From assembly GCA_046563655.1 (NCBI GenBank), contig CM102286.1, positions 15,314,001 to 15,378,000 on the forward strand: a stretch of 64,000 nucleotides of DNA. The letters run 5' to 3'. The stretch's first letter is position 1. Each line of letters opens with the position of its first letter. Positions 30,621-43,204 of the stretch are shown here, in pieces. Position numbers and translations under genes: made by a program. Under the pieces are notes generated by a model that was given only the letters and a program-made list of their open reading frames with translations, was not told the DNA's origin and did not search any database. This DNA comes from Yuukianura sp. NJ FZ-2021 (lineage: Eukaryota).

Positions 30621-30760
30621 AATGGCGATGCAGTATTATATTTTCAAGATTCTGCATTAGGAAGGCCATTGCCAGTAGTTTGCTGGTGTTTGACATTTTA
30701 GAAAATTTTGCATTACACCTTTCGTTGTCGGGGGTTTGAGATATGTCCAAAAGCTCTATA

Positions 30761-30860
30761 AAGGTTAGAATTGGCTCTGAAAGCTCAGAAACGGGCGATA
30801 TCGGGGTCGGAAGGTTAGAATTGGCTCTGAAAGCTCAGAAACGGGCGATATCGGGGTCGG
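30761..30860. repeat. Two perfect tandem 50-bp copies directly before the TTAGG tract
   Basis: AAGGTTAGAATTGGCTCTGAAAGCTCAGAAACGGGCGATATCGGGGTCGG at 30761 and 30811. Confidence 0.95.
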
Positions 30861-30862
30861 AA

Positions 30863-30907
30863 GGTTAGGTTAGGTTAGGTTAGGTTAGGTTAGGTTAGGT
30901 TAGGTTA
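30863..30907 (+). repeat. Interstitial arthropod telomeric repeat (GGTTA)9
   Basis: Nine perfect GGTTA units, followed by degenerate GAGTTAGAGATAGG. Confidence 0.92.
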
Positions 30908-31099
30908 GAGTTAGAGATAGGTGCGATAGGTTTTGTGTTCACCCAACCTTCTTAGGCTCAACCTACTCGGTGAACGGCAAGCTTAGTCATATAAGAACAC
31001 ATAGAAAACGGGGGAACCAAGGTTTGGTTAGCTAAGTGAACTTGTTCGGTTGGCCTTTCTCAACCCAATCTACCAACGAATGGCAGTCCAGTTTGGACT

Positions 31100-34000
31100 T
31101 ATAAAGCCCATCCATTTCAACTCAAAATGGAAGTCCAAATGGGGATTTAAATTGCATTTCCACATGGGACTTCAACGTGGAAGTCTGGAAGTCCAAATAC
31201 CACTCCAAATAGGACTCCAACATCGAAGTCGAAATGGAACTCCAAAGTGGAGGTCCGAAGTGGACTCCAAAATGGAAGTCCAAATGGAGATTTAAACTGG
31301 ATATCCAAACGGGACTTCAACGTGGAAGTCTGGAAGTCCGATACCACTCCGAATTAGAACTTCAAAATGGAACCCCAATTAGGACTCCAATTGGGAACAC
31401 AAATATTACTGCCGAGGCATTCGCCTTTGTATCAACACAAAATAAAAGTCCATATTGAATCCAACTAATCTAAGCTAATTTGGGAGCTAATTTGGGAGTC
31501 CACTTTATTTGGTAGGTACTCATGAATAAATTTGGGATCCCAATTGGTAGTCGAATTTTTTCTATTGTAATAGAAGCGTGCCTTACGACTCCCATATGGA
31601 CATCCATTTGGGGGTTCGATTTAGGAGCCCATTTTGGAGTCCAATATGGACATCCATTTGGGGTTCTATTTAGGAGTCAGTTTTGGACTCCCAAATGGAC
31701 CACCATTTAGGAGTCTTATTTAGAAGTCAATTTTTGAGTCATAAATGGACCTCCATTTGGGAGTCCTATTTAGGAGACAATTTTGGACTCCCAAATGGAC
31801 CTCCATTTAGGAGTCAATTTTGGACTCCAAAATGGAAGTATAATTCGGACTCCCAATGCTCTTCAGTTTAACTCAAAATGGAAGTCGAAATGGGACTCCA
31901 AAATAGAAGGCCAAATGGACCTCCATTTGGGAGTGCTATTTAGGAGACAATTTTGGACTCCCAAATGGACCTCCATTTAGGAGTCAATTTTGGACTCCAA
32001 AATGGAAGTATAATTCGGACTCCCAATGCTCTTCAGTTTAACTCAAAATGGAAGTCGAAATGGGACTCCAAAATAGAAGGCCAAATGGACCTCCATTTGG
32101 GAGTCCTATTTAGGAGTCAATTTTGGAGTCCTATTCGGACATCCAAATGGGAGTTACAATGGGATTCCCAAATGGAACTCCCACAGCCCTTTCAAAATGG
32201 ATGTCCAAATGGGACTCCAAAATGGATGTCCAAATGGACCTCCATTTGGGAGTTCTTTTTTGGAGTCAATTTTGGAGTCCTATACGGACCTCCAAATGAG
32301 AGTTACGATGGGACTCCAAAATGGATGTCGAAATGGGACTCCAAAATGGAATTCCAATTAGGACTCCCAAAGGTGTTACTTTCAACTCAAAATGGAAGTC
32401 AAAATAAGATTCCAAAATGGAAGTCAAAATGGGACTCCAAAATGGAAGTCGCAATGGGACTCCTAAAGGGGTTAATTTCAACTCAAAATGGAAGTCAAAA
32501 TAGGATTCCAAAATGGAAGTCAAAATGGGACTCCTAAAGGGGTTAGTTTCAACTCAAAATGGATGTCAAAATGGGACTCCAAAATAGACGTCCAATTAGA
32601 CTCCCAAAGAGTTTAGTTTCAACTCAAAATGGGACTCCAAAATATAAATCAATTTGGGATTCCAAAATGGAAGTCAAAATTGGACTCAGAAAGCCCTTCA
32701 TCTCAACTCAAAATGGAATTCCAAATGGGATTCCCAAATGGAAGTCGAACTGGGACTCCTAAAGGGGCTAGTTTCAACTCAAAATGGATGTCAAAATTGC
32801 CCTCCCAAATGGTGCTCCCAATGTGACTCCAAAATGGGTCCCAATTTAAATCTAGAATTCCATTATGACTCCAAAACGGAACTCTAGTTCAAACCCCCCG
32901 CCATGGGAAATGTAATGTAATAATATTAAACGCGGGTCAAACCCCCGGAGACGGGAAATCTAACAAAAAATATCGAACGTAGGTCGTAATTTGACTCCAA
33001 AATGAAGGTCCCTACTCGACTCCAAAATGCTGATCCCTATATGACTCCAAAAATAAAATTCCATTATTTACTCCGAAATGGAAGTCAAAATGGGACTCCA
33101 AAAGCCCTTCATCTCAACTCAAAATGGAAGTCAAAATGGGATTCACAAATTAACTCCAAAATGGAAGTCCAAATGGACTCCCAAATGGAAGTCAAAATGG
33201 GACTCAGAAAGCCCTTCATTTCAACTCAAAATGGAAGTCAAAATGGGACTCCAAAATGGACGTATTGTCAACTCAAAATGGAATTCCAAAATGGAAGTTA
33301 ATTTGGGATTCCAAAATGGAAGTCAAAATGGGACTCCCAAATGGAAGTCGAAATGGGACTCCAAAAGCCCTTCATTTCAACTCAAAATGGAATTCCAAAT
33401 GGGATTCCCAAATGGAAGTCAAAATGGGACTCCAAAATGGAAGTCAAAATGGGACTCCTAAAGGGGTTAGTTTCAACTCAAAATGGATGTCAAAATGGGA
33501 CTCCAAAATAGACGTCCAATTAGACTCCCAAAGAGTTTACTTTCAACTCAAAATGGGACTCCAAAATATAAATCAATTTGGGATTCCAAAATGGAAGTCA
33601 AAATTGGACTCAGAAAGCCCTTCATCTCAACTCAAAATGGAAGTCGAAATGGGACTCCAAAATGGAATTCCCAAATTAACTCCTAAATGGAAGTCGAAAT
33701 GGAACTCCAAAAGCCCTTCATTTCAACTCAAAATGGATGTCAAAATGGGACTCCTAAAATGGACGTATTGTCAACTCAAAATGGAATTCCAAAATGGAAG
33801 TTAATTTGGGATTCCAAAATGGAAGTCGAAATGGGACTCCCAAAGCCCTTCATCTCAACTCAAAATGGAAGTCAAAAATGGACTCCTAGCAAGATCGGCC
33901 CCAGGGGTTACACTAGATGTTGATGTTTTAGTGAGAGATCGGCAAGATAGCTGTATGGGTTACTCCAAACCCCTGCCAAATAGGACTCACGAAGCACTTC

Positions 34001-37000
34001 ATTTCAACTCAAAATGCAAGTCAAAAAGGGGGCTCCAAAATGGAACTCAAATTGGGACTCCTAAACCCTCTCCTAGTTTCAACTCAAAATGGAAGTCAAA
34101 ATTGCACTCCCAAATGGTGCTCCCAATGTGACTCCAAAATGGGTCCCAATTTAAATCTAGAATTCCATTATGACTCTAAAACGGAACTCTAGTTCAAACC
34201 CCCCGCCATGGGAAATGTAATGTATAATATTAAACGCGGGTCAAACCCCCGGAGACGGGAAATCTAACAAAAAATATCGAACGTAGGTCGTAATTTGACT
34301 CCAAAATGCTGATCCCTATATGACTCCAAAAATAAAATTCCATTATTTACTCCGAAATGGAAGTCAAAATGGGACTCCAAAAGCCCTTCATCTCAACTCA
34401 AAATGGAAGTCCAAATGGGACTCCAAAATGGAATTCCCAAATTAACTCCTAAATGGAAGTCGAAATGGGATTCCAAAATGGACGTATTTTTAACTCAAAA
34501 TGGAATTCCAAAATGGAAGTTAATTTGGGATTCCAAAATGGAAGTCAAAATGGGACTCCTAAAGGGGTTAGTTTCAACTCAAAATGGATGTCAAAATGGG
34601 ACTCCTAAAATGGACGTATTGTCAACTCAAAATGGAATTCCAAAATGGAAGTTAATTTGGGATTCCAAAATGGAAGTCGAAATGGGACTCCCAAAGCCCT
34701 TCATCTCAACTCAAAATGGAAGTCAAAAATGGACTCCTAGCAAGATCGGCCCCAGGGGTTACACTAGATGTTGATGTTTTAGTGAGAGATCGGCAAGATA
34801 GCTGTATGGGTTACTCCAAACCCCTGCCAAATAGGACTCACGAAGCACTTCATTTCAACTCAAAATGCAAGTCAAAAAGGGGGCTCCAAAATGGAACTCA
34901 AATTGGGACTCCTAAACCCTCTCCTAGTTTCAACTCAAAATGGAAGTCAAAATTGCACTCCCAAATGGTGCTCCCAATGTGACTCCAAAATGGGTCCCAA
35001 TTTAAATCTAGAATTCCATTATGACTCTAAAACGGAACTCTAGTTCAAACCCCCCGCCATGGGAAATGTAATGTATAATATTAAACGCGGGTCAAACCCC
35101 CGGAGACGGGAAATCTAACAAAAAATATCGAACGTAGGTCGTAATTTGACTCCAAAATGCTGATCCCTATATGACTCCAAAAATAAAATTCCATTATTTA
35201 CTCCGAAATGGAAGTCAAAATGGGACTCCAAAAGCCCTTCATCTCAACTCAAAATGGAAGTCCAAATGGGACTCCAAAATGGAATTCCCAAATTAACTCC
35301 TAAATGGAAGTCGAAATGGGATTCCAAAATGGACGTATTTTTAACTCAAAATGGAATTCCAAAATGGAAGTTAATTTGGGATTCCAAAATGGAAGTCAAA
35401 ATGGGACTCCTAAAGGGGTTAGTTTCAACTCAAAATGGATGTCAAAATGGGACTCCAAAATAGACGTCCAATTAGACTCCCAAAGAGTTTAGTTTCAACT
35501 CAAAATGGGACTCCAAAATATAAATCAATTTGGGATTCCAAAATGGAAGTCAAAATTGGACTCAGAAAGCCCTTCATCTCAACTCAAAATGGAATTCCAA
35601 ATGGGATTCCCAAATGGAAGTCGAACTGGGACTCCTAAAGGGGCTAGTTTCAACTCAAAATGGATGTCAAAATTGCACTCCCAAATGGTGCTCCCAATGT
35701 GACTCCAAAATGGGTCCCAATTTAAATCTAGAATTCCATTATGACTCCAAAACGGAACTCTAGTTCAAACCCCCCGCCATGGGAAATGTAATGTAATAAT
35801 ATTAAACGCGGGTCAAACCCCCGGAGACGGGAAATCTAACAAAAAATATCGAACGTAGGTCGTAATTTGACTCCAAAATGAAGGTCCCTACTCGACTCCA
35901 AAATGCTGATCCCTATATGACTCCAAAAATAAAATTCCATTATTTACTCCGAAATGGAAGTCAAAATGGGACTCCAAAAGCCCTTCATCTCAACTCAAAA
36001 TGGAAGTCAAAATGGGATTCACAAATTAACTCCAAAATGGAAGTCCAAATGGACTCCCAAATGGAAGTCAAAATGGGACTCAGAAAGCCCTTCATTTCAA
36101 CTCAAAATGGAAGTCAAAATGGGACTCCAAAATGGACGTATTGTCAACTCAAAATGGAATTCCAAAATGGAAGTTAATTTGGGATTCCAAAATGGAAGTC
36201 AAAATGGGACTCCCAAATGGAAGTCGAAATGGGACTCCAAAAGCCCTTCATTTCAACTCAAAATGGAATTCCAAATGGGATTCCCAAATGGAAGTCAAAA
36301 TGGGACTCCAAAATGGAAGTCAAAATGGGACTCCTAAAGGGGTTAGTTTCAACTCAAAATGGATGTCAAAATGGGACTCCAAAATAGACGTCCAATTAGA
36401 CTCCCAAAGAGTTTACTTTCAACTCAAAATGGGACTCCAAAATATAAATCAATTTGGGATTCCAAAATGGAAGTCAAAATTGGACTCAGAAAGCCCTTCA
36501 TCTCAACTCAAAATGGAAGTCGAAATGGGACTCCAAAATGGAATTCCCAAATTAACTCCTAAATGGAAGTCGAAATGGAACTCCAAAAGCCCTTCATTTC
36601 AACTCAAAATGGAAGTCAAAATGGGACTCCAAAATGGACGTATTGTCAACTCAAAATGGAATTCCAAAATGGAAGTCAAAATGGGACTCCCAAATGGAAG
36701 TCGAAATGGGACTCCCAAAGCCCTTCATCTCAACTCAAAATGGAAGTCAAAAATGGACTCCTAGCAAGATCGGCCCCAGGGGTTACACTAGATGTTGATG
36801 TTTTAGTGAGAGATCGGCAAGATAGCTGTATGGGTTACTCCAAACCCCTGCCAAATAGGACTCACGAAGCACTTCATTTCAACTCAAAATGCAAGTCAAA
36901 AAGGGGGCTCCAAAATGGAACTCAAATTGGGACTCCTAAACCCTCTCCTAGTTTCAACTCAAAATGGAAGTCAAAATTGCACTCCCAAATGGTGCTCCCA

Positions 37001-38830
37001 ATGTGACTCCAAAATGGGTCCCAATTTAAATCTAGAATTCCATTATGACTCTAAAACGGAACTCTAGTTCAAACCCCCCGCCATGGGAAATGTAATGTAT
37101 AATATTAAACGCGGGTCAAACCCCCGGAGACGGGAAATCTAACAAAAAATATCGAACGTAGGTCGTAATTTGACTCCAAAATGCTGATCCCTATATGACT
37201 CCAAAAATAAAATTCCATTATTTACTCCGAAATGGAAGTCAAAATGGGACTCCAAAAGCCCTTCATCTCAACTCAAAATGGAAGTCCAAATGGGACTCCA
37301 AAATGGAATTCCCAAATTAACTCCTAAATGGAAGTCGAAATGGGATTCCAAAATGGACGTATTTTTAACTCAAAATGGAATTCCAAAATGGAAGTTAATT
37401 TGGGATTCCAAAATGGAAGTCAAAATGGGACTCCTAAAGGGGTTAGTTTCAACTCAAAATGGATGTCAAAATGGGACTCCAAAATAGACGTCCAATTAGA
37501 CTCCCAAAGAGTTTAGTTTCAACTCAAAATGGGACTCCAAAATATAAATCAATTTGGGATTCCAAAATGGAAGTCAAAATTGGACTCAGAAAGCCCTTCA
37601 TCTCAACTCAAAATGGAATTCCAAATGGGATTCCCAAATGGAAGTCGAACTGGGACTCCTAAAGGGGCTAGTTTCAACTCAAAATGGATGTCAAAATTGC
37701 ACTCCCAAATGGTGCTCCCAATGTGACTCCAAAATGGGTCCCAATTTAAATCTAGAATTCCATTATGACTCCAAAACGGAACTCTAGTTCAAACCCCCCG
37801 CCATGGGAAATGTAATGTAATAATATTAAACGCGGGTCAAACCCCCGGAGACGGGAAATCTAACAAAAAATATCGAACGTAGGTCGTAATTTGACTCCAA
37901 AATGAAGGTCCCTACTCGACTCCAAAATGCTGATCCCTATATGACTCCAAAAATAAAATTCCATTATTTACTCCGAAATGGAAGTCAAAATGGGACTCCA
38001 AAAGCCCTTCATCTCAACTCAAAATGGAAGTCAAAATGGGATTCACAAATTAACTCCAAAATGGAAGTCCAAATGGACTCCCAAATGGAAGTCAAAATGG
38101 GACTCAGAAAGCCCTTCATTTCAACTCAAAATGGAAGTCAAAATGGGACTCCAAAATGGACGTATTGTCAACTCAAAATGGAATTCCAAAATGGAAGTTA
38201 ATTTGGGATTCCAAAATGGAAGTCGAAGTGGGACTCCCAAAGCCCTTCATCTCAACTCAAAATGGAATTCCAAATGGGATTCCCAAATGGAAGTCGAACT
38301 GGGACTCCTAAAGGGGTTAGTTTCAACTCAAAATGGATGTCAAAATGGGACTCCAAAATAGACGTCCAATTAGACTCCCAAAGAGTTTAGTTTCAACTCA
38401 AAATGGGACTCCAAAATATAAATCAATTTGGGATTCCAAAATGGAAGTCAAAATTGGACTCAGAAAGCCCTTCATCTCAACTCAAAATGGAATTCCAAAT
38501 GGGATTCCCAAACTAACTCCAAAATGGAAGTCGAAATGGGACTCCCAAATGGAAGTCAAAATGGGACTCACAAAGGCCTCAGTTTTAACTCAAAATGAAA
38601 GTCAAAATGGGACTCCAAATTGGAAGTCCAAAATGGAACTGGAAGTCAAGATGGACTCCAAACCCCTCAATTTCAACCCGAAATGGAAGTCCAAATACGA
38701 CTTCAAATTAGAATGCCAAATGCGACTCCAAATGGAAATAAAAATGAACCCAAAATTTTGCTCCTGAGTCAGGCGCACTCGTATCAACCAAAAATAATGT
38801 CCAAGTGGGACTCCAAAATAGCACTCCCAA
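31100..38830. repeat. Satellite array 1: 12-bp-based (AAAATGGGACTC / CAAAATGGAAGT) with higher-order units
   Basis: GGACTCC and GGAAGTC cores at ~12-bp spacing. Non-12-mer inserts recur at 32881, 34186, 35037, 35757, 37061, 37781 and at 33886, 34737, 36761, giving periods of 851 and ~2024 bp. A 170-bp duplication lies near 31780-32120. Confidence 0.95.
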
Positions 38831-39118
38831 ATAGAAATCCAGAATTTGAGTCCAGAGTTACTCGCCGTTGAAAGTCGAGGTTCGCTTAGTTGTCATAACT
38901 GGCCGGGATAGCGCTTCAGGCTGCAGCATAGGTTTGCCACTAAAATTCCACTCCGAATGTACGCGTCCATATACTAAACCAAATTCGGAGCCCCGAACTA
39001 GTTTGTAAGTCTAAAGCTTATTTTACACTTAGCGTTGACGGCCGGAATAGTGGTGTACATTTCAAAATTCTGTTTTGCTTGCAGTTGGAATTCTTGATTC
39101 GTTTCCTTGTGGTAAACA

Positions 39119-40381
39119 ATGGAAGGTGAAGCAGGTATGCAATGTTTATTTAAAACATTTGTGAATGTATTTTTGAATATTTACATGCCGTTATAATTAG
39201 TAAGCGCACTTTTTGATAAAGGTGACAGCCAGAAGGATTATGGCCAATTGGATAACGAAAAACTTTTATCGTTTTACTCCGCGCACCCCAACATTTTAAG
39301 AAACGACGAGAGAGGACGAAAAGGACGCGAAACGTTGTGGAACACTTTTCGAGCGACAAACAATTCCGACTTGTCAGGTAATTTGTGATTATGGTTGTAG
39401 CGTAGCACCACTTTAAGAATTCAACAATTGTACGAAAGTGCGGAGTTGGGAGTATTCAAGAATTTGAACGCTTTCAGTTGAGGACATTCAAAACAAGCTC
39501 ATCGATCTTCTTGGGAAATGGAGATCGTCAGACGTCGACACCCTCATTTCTCACTTTCGAGAAAATCCGATGTTGTGGGATGCATCTCGTTCCGATTATA
39601 AGGACCGCGTGGCAACGAACATTTGCATCGAAAACCTAGCAAGAAAATTAAACTTTCGAAAAACATGTAACTAAACAAACGATTTAGTATTCGACAAATT
39701 ATAATTGTCATTTTTTTCTTAGCTGCTGAGATTCTAGCAAAGTTTGATAACTTGCGAACTACTTTTCAAGCCAAAATCAAAAAAGGAAAAACGGGCGAGG
39801 GAAGAAAACTAGACAAACGATGGCCATACTTTCAAGACCTGACGTTTCTAGAGCAAGCTGGTGTCAATCGATCATCCTTAAACATTATAACGGTAAGAAG
39901 AGACTGACACGTATGAGTTGATGATTGTTATGACTTTTAAATTTAACGTTTTATCTATTATTAGATCGCTTCAAGTCCATCCGTTACATCGTCTTCAAGT
40001 CCATCCAATACAGATTCGGAAGGCAACGAATTCCTGGAATATAAAGGCAGACCGCCGTATCCTACAACATCAAAAAACGCGTTTGCTGGATCTGGAAAAA
40101 AAGTGTTTTCTGAAACTGGAAAATACGTGTTCGCTGGAACTGGGAGTAAGCGCAAGCATAGCCCTGGAGATCTACAAAGAAGTCAACCACAGCACAAACG
40201 AAACTGTACAGATGAGAAACCAGATGGGTTAACCTCCTTCGGAACGAGTATTGGAGAAGCGCTCCGGAAATTTACGGATACAAATCAAGAGCTGGTAAAA
40301 GCAGAACTTCAAAAACTTCTGGCAATCTCGCTACGACATCAGTCAAAAGGCCTAGATGTTCCAGTATTCAAGTTATGTTAG
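39119..40381 (+). CDS. MADF (Myb/SANT-like in Adf-1) DNA-binding protein with C-terminal BESS-like motif
   Basis: Spliced translation has WRSSDVDTLISHFRENPMLWDASRSDYKDR...KFDNLRTTF...RWPYFQDLTFL, an upstream degenerate MADF-like segment (KLLSFYSAHP...LW) and DGLTSFGTSIGEALRK...KAELQKLL. Five exons. Confidence 0.85.
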
Positions 40382-40519
40382 TAACTTTCGCACTCAAGTT
40401 CATGTTCATGTAGTTTGTTTATCTCCTCTTATTACTTCTTTCAATAAATGAGCAGACATTTATACATTCCACCCTTCAAAATGATAGTTTCGATTCCTAA
40501 TTCTATTATCAGTTTTTAC

Positions 40520-40839
40520 CATCGAGTTACCAAGACAATTCGATTTTTTCTTTTAACTAGAGTGGACATAAGGCATTTTTTCAACAAAATTTTTGAAACA
40601 TTTCTAGAGCGGATAAAAACCGCTTTCATCTCAACTTTAAGCCAGTTTCACACAAACTATGAACTGCAGGTGTCTTTTTTGTGCCACCTGCAGTTCATAG
40701 TTTGTGTGAAACTGGCTTAAAGTTGAGATGAAAGCGGTTTTTATCCGCTCTAGAAATGTTTCAAAAATTTTGTTGAAAAAATGCCTTATGTCCACTCTAG
40801 TTAAAAGAAAAAAAATCGAATCGTCTTGGTAACTCGATG
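40520..40839. mobile_element. Palindromic MITE (hAT- or P-superfamily-like), 320 bp, 8-bp TSD GTTTTTAC
   Basis: Near-perfect ~153-bp arms starting CATCGAGTTACCAAGAC. Identical 8-mers at 40512-40519 and 40840-40847. Confidence 0.9.
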
Positions 40840-40876
40840 GTTTTTACTACCTAGAATCAAGGGTGGAGGTTTGAAC

Positions 40877-40957
40877 CATAGAGTTACCAAGACGATTCGA
40901 TTTTTTTTCTTTTAAAAGGTCAAAAGAAAAAAATCGTATCGTCTTCGTAACTCTATG
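40877..40957. mobile_element. Internally deleted 81-bp copy of the same MITE family, 8-bp TSD GTTTGAAC
   Basis: Termini CATAGAGTTACCAAGAC / GTCTTCGTAACTCTATG. Identical 8-mers at 40869-40876 and 40958-40965. Confidence 0.88.
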
Positions 40958-41080
40958 GTTTGAACTATTTCATTAGCTTATTGTCAAAATGTTAACGTAG
41001 TCGGAGTTGACCCATTCTACATACTATTCTAGTCGCATCAACTTGTTTGGTGTTTATTTCGTGTAACTTGTCTTCTAACA

Positions 41081-42170
41081 ATGCAGTTCGGACGAGACGC
41101 CAAGCCATTTCGGTGCAAATACATAGAAATGTACAACTTAAGGTACAATAAATGTACGAAAAGTAAAGAAAGAGACACCGATCTGAATGAAGAAGCGCTT
41201 TGCGTGGAAACTGCTTTGTCTTTTCCGTATCTGGGAAATCCGGATGATGAGGAAACCGAAGGAGACAAATTTTACAAGCAAGAGTTTGCAAGCGTAAAAC
41301 ATCGACGCATAAAACCGAAGCCTGTTAATGCTGCAAAACCTCAAACTATTGTTGCAAGTATCCCATCATTGGCTTGCGACCTGTTGGAGGATTCTAAAGT
41401 GTACGTCGAAAAACTGTTGCAACAACTTTGAATGATACTAACCTTTTATTCTTGAGTAGAGAATCTAAATGTGCCGTCGATGTCCCGGCAAATTTAGCGG
41501 TGCCACCAATCGATGTGTTAGCTACCCATAATGAAAATATTTTGAGGAAAGCAATTGCCTTAGTTCAGTAAGTTTTTGCCAACAATATGTTAGGTTAGTT
41601 TAGTCTTGAGTATAATTCTTCATATTCTTCTAGAGAAGGCGACTCCGATGTCCCTTGCGTTGGCGATGATTTTGTTGTAAAACCCGTTAAACTAGATGCT
41701 CCAGTGGAACGTGAAGAACTGATTTGCCCCAGTAGTTTGGCACCTTTGAATATTGAGCTTACTACACAAGTCCCACGGTTAGCATTAGTTAAGGTTATGT
41801 TAGTTTTCGTGTCTATCCAACAATACTATACGTGTCTAATTCTGTTTTGTGTTGCAGGAAGCGTGTGCCAAGGTTTTTTCTCAAGAATATAGAGAAACTG
41901 TTACTAGATTGCATTTACGAGGTTGCTGTTCATAGTGGGATGGACTCATTGGGAAGGAATGAACTCAAATGGAAAAAAGTATGCGAATTAGTTGCAGCTG
42001 GCAAAACTGATTTGAGAACAATACAATGGAAATGGCGTAGCCTAAAAAAGTATTTCTATGAGAAGCTCCTGAAGACGCATCGCTATAAATGTTATTATAC
42101 AAAACACTCTCCCATATATAGTTACTTTGAGTCTAAATACAATACAAGGCCGAAAATTAGACTTATGTAA
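41081..42170 (+). CDS. Spliced gene with C-terminal Myb/SANT-like (trihelix/MADF-like) domain
   Basis: Last exon FFLKNIEKLLLDCIY...LKWKKVCELV...RTIQWKWRSLKKYF. Three short putative introns. 5' end uncertain. Confidence 0.6.
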
Positions 42171-42702
42171 GACTCTGGACTGACTATGGAATTTCAAACT
42201 CTCTTGTTGCGTTATAAAAACTAAATAAATCTCAAAACTGGATGTTCGCAACCACACTTAGGAGTGCTTTTTCAATTAACCTTCATTTGTTCAGCTTGCC
42301 GTAGTCTGTGAATACCCTAACCTGGTGTGTCTCAGTCGTTGCTGTTTCTTTCAAAAAGGTTTGTTTCAATCCTGTTTCCTTCGGACTGCACTAACCTAAC
42401 TATCCTGATTTGATTGTGTCGTTGTTCGATTTCCTGCCAAAGAAGTCGCACACCAGTATTTGTTACCGGCAACGATTCACGTACCATCTTACGACTGGTT
42501 GTTGTCTTACTTTTCACTTAATGTCACAGTCCTACGACATTTGTGCTTTGCTTAGAGTCCGAAGTGTTGGGAGATAATCATTCCTTTCTCGCATTTTTTC
42601 ATAGTTCTTCCTCCGGTCGCTCCTATTATTTCAAATCAACTTTTAGAACGAGCAACAGTAATGTGACAAAATAAGCGAAAGCGACATAACAGTGAGAAGA
42701 AC

Positions 42703-43027
42703 GCTTTTTTTGCCGAAACGAGTTGCGTCTTCTGTTCACTGACAAAACTGCCGCAGAAAAAGAGCTCTGAAAGGGTTCCTCAGTCAAGGTTTTGTGAGTT
42801 TTGCTAAACAAAGCAGAAAAGCAGAAACTGCGTCTTCCCCTCTTTCCGAAGTGAACGTGTTCACATACAAACGCGACTTCTGCTGTGAAGCGTCTGCCCG
42901 CAACTTTCCCGAGCATTCGGGCCGAGAAAATGTCAAGTGTAAGCACGCAACTCGCAGGAAGCAAAAAACTGTGAGAACTTGCAACTAGCAGAAAGTCTAC
43001 CAGTTACTTTGTAATGTGAACCCAGCA
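42703..43027. mobile_element. Old non-autonomous DNA transposon remnant (possibly PIF/Harbinger-type)
   Basis: 42703-42842 is a diverged reverse complement of 46535-46676. Both carry repeated TGTGAAC-type motifs. Confidence 0.5.
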
Positions 43028-43204
43028 GAAGACTTAAACACTGGCGTTATTTTGAATCGACTGAAAACATCAAGCGAGAGAAACTCCTTTTATTTCCAGT
43101 TTAAGATTTGATTTGTGTGGTAGTTCGATTCGGAGATTTCGACAAGAATCTCACTTCTTGCTGTTTTGTCCCATTTTTTTTGAGAAACCCCTTTTGGAAT
43201 TAAA

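Noticed and set aside
32881..37890. CRISPR-like repeat/spacer appearance
   Set aside because: The inserts are repeated rather than unique, spacing is irregular, the context is eukaryotic and there are no cas genes.
31050..38871. Many ORFs rich in PKWKSKWDS / KMEVKMG / QNGSQNG
   Set aside because: They are translations of the 12-bp satellite in all three frames, with frequent stops and no splice structure.
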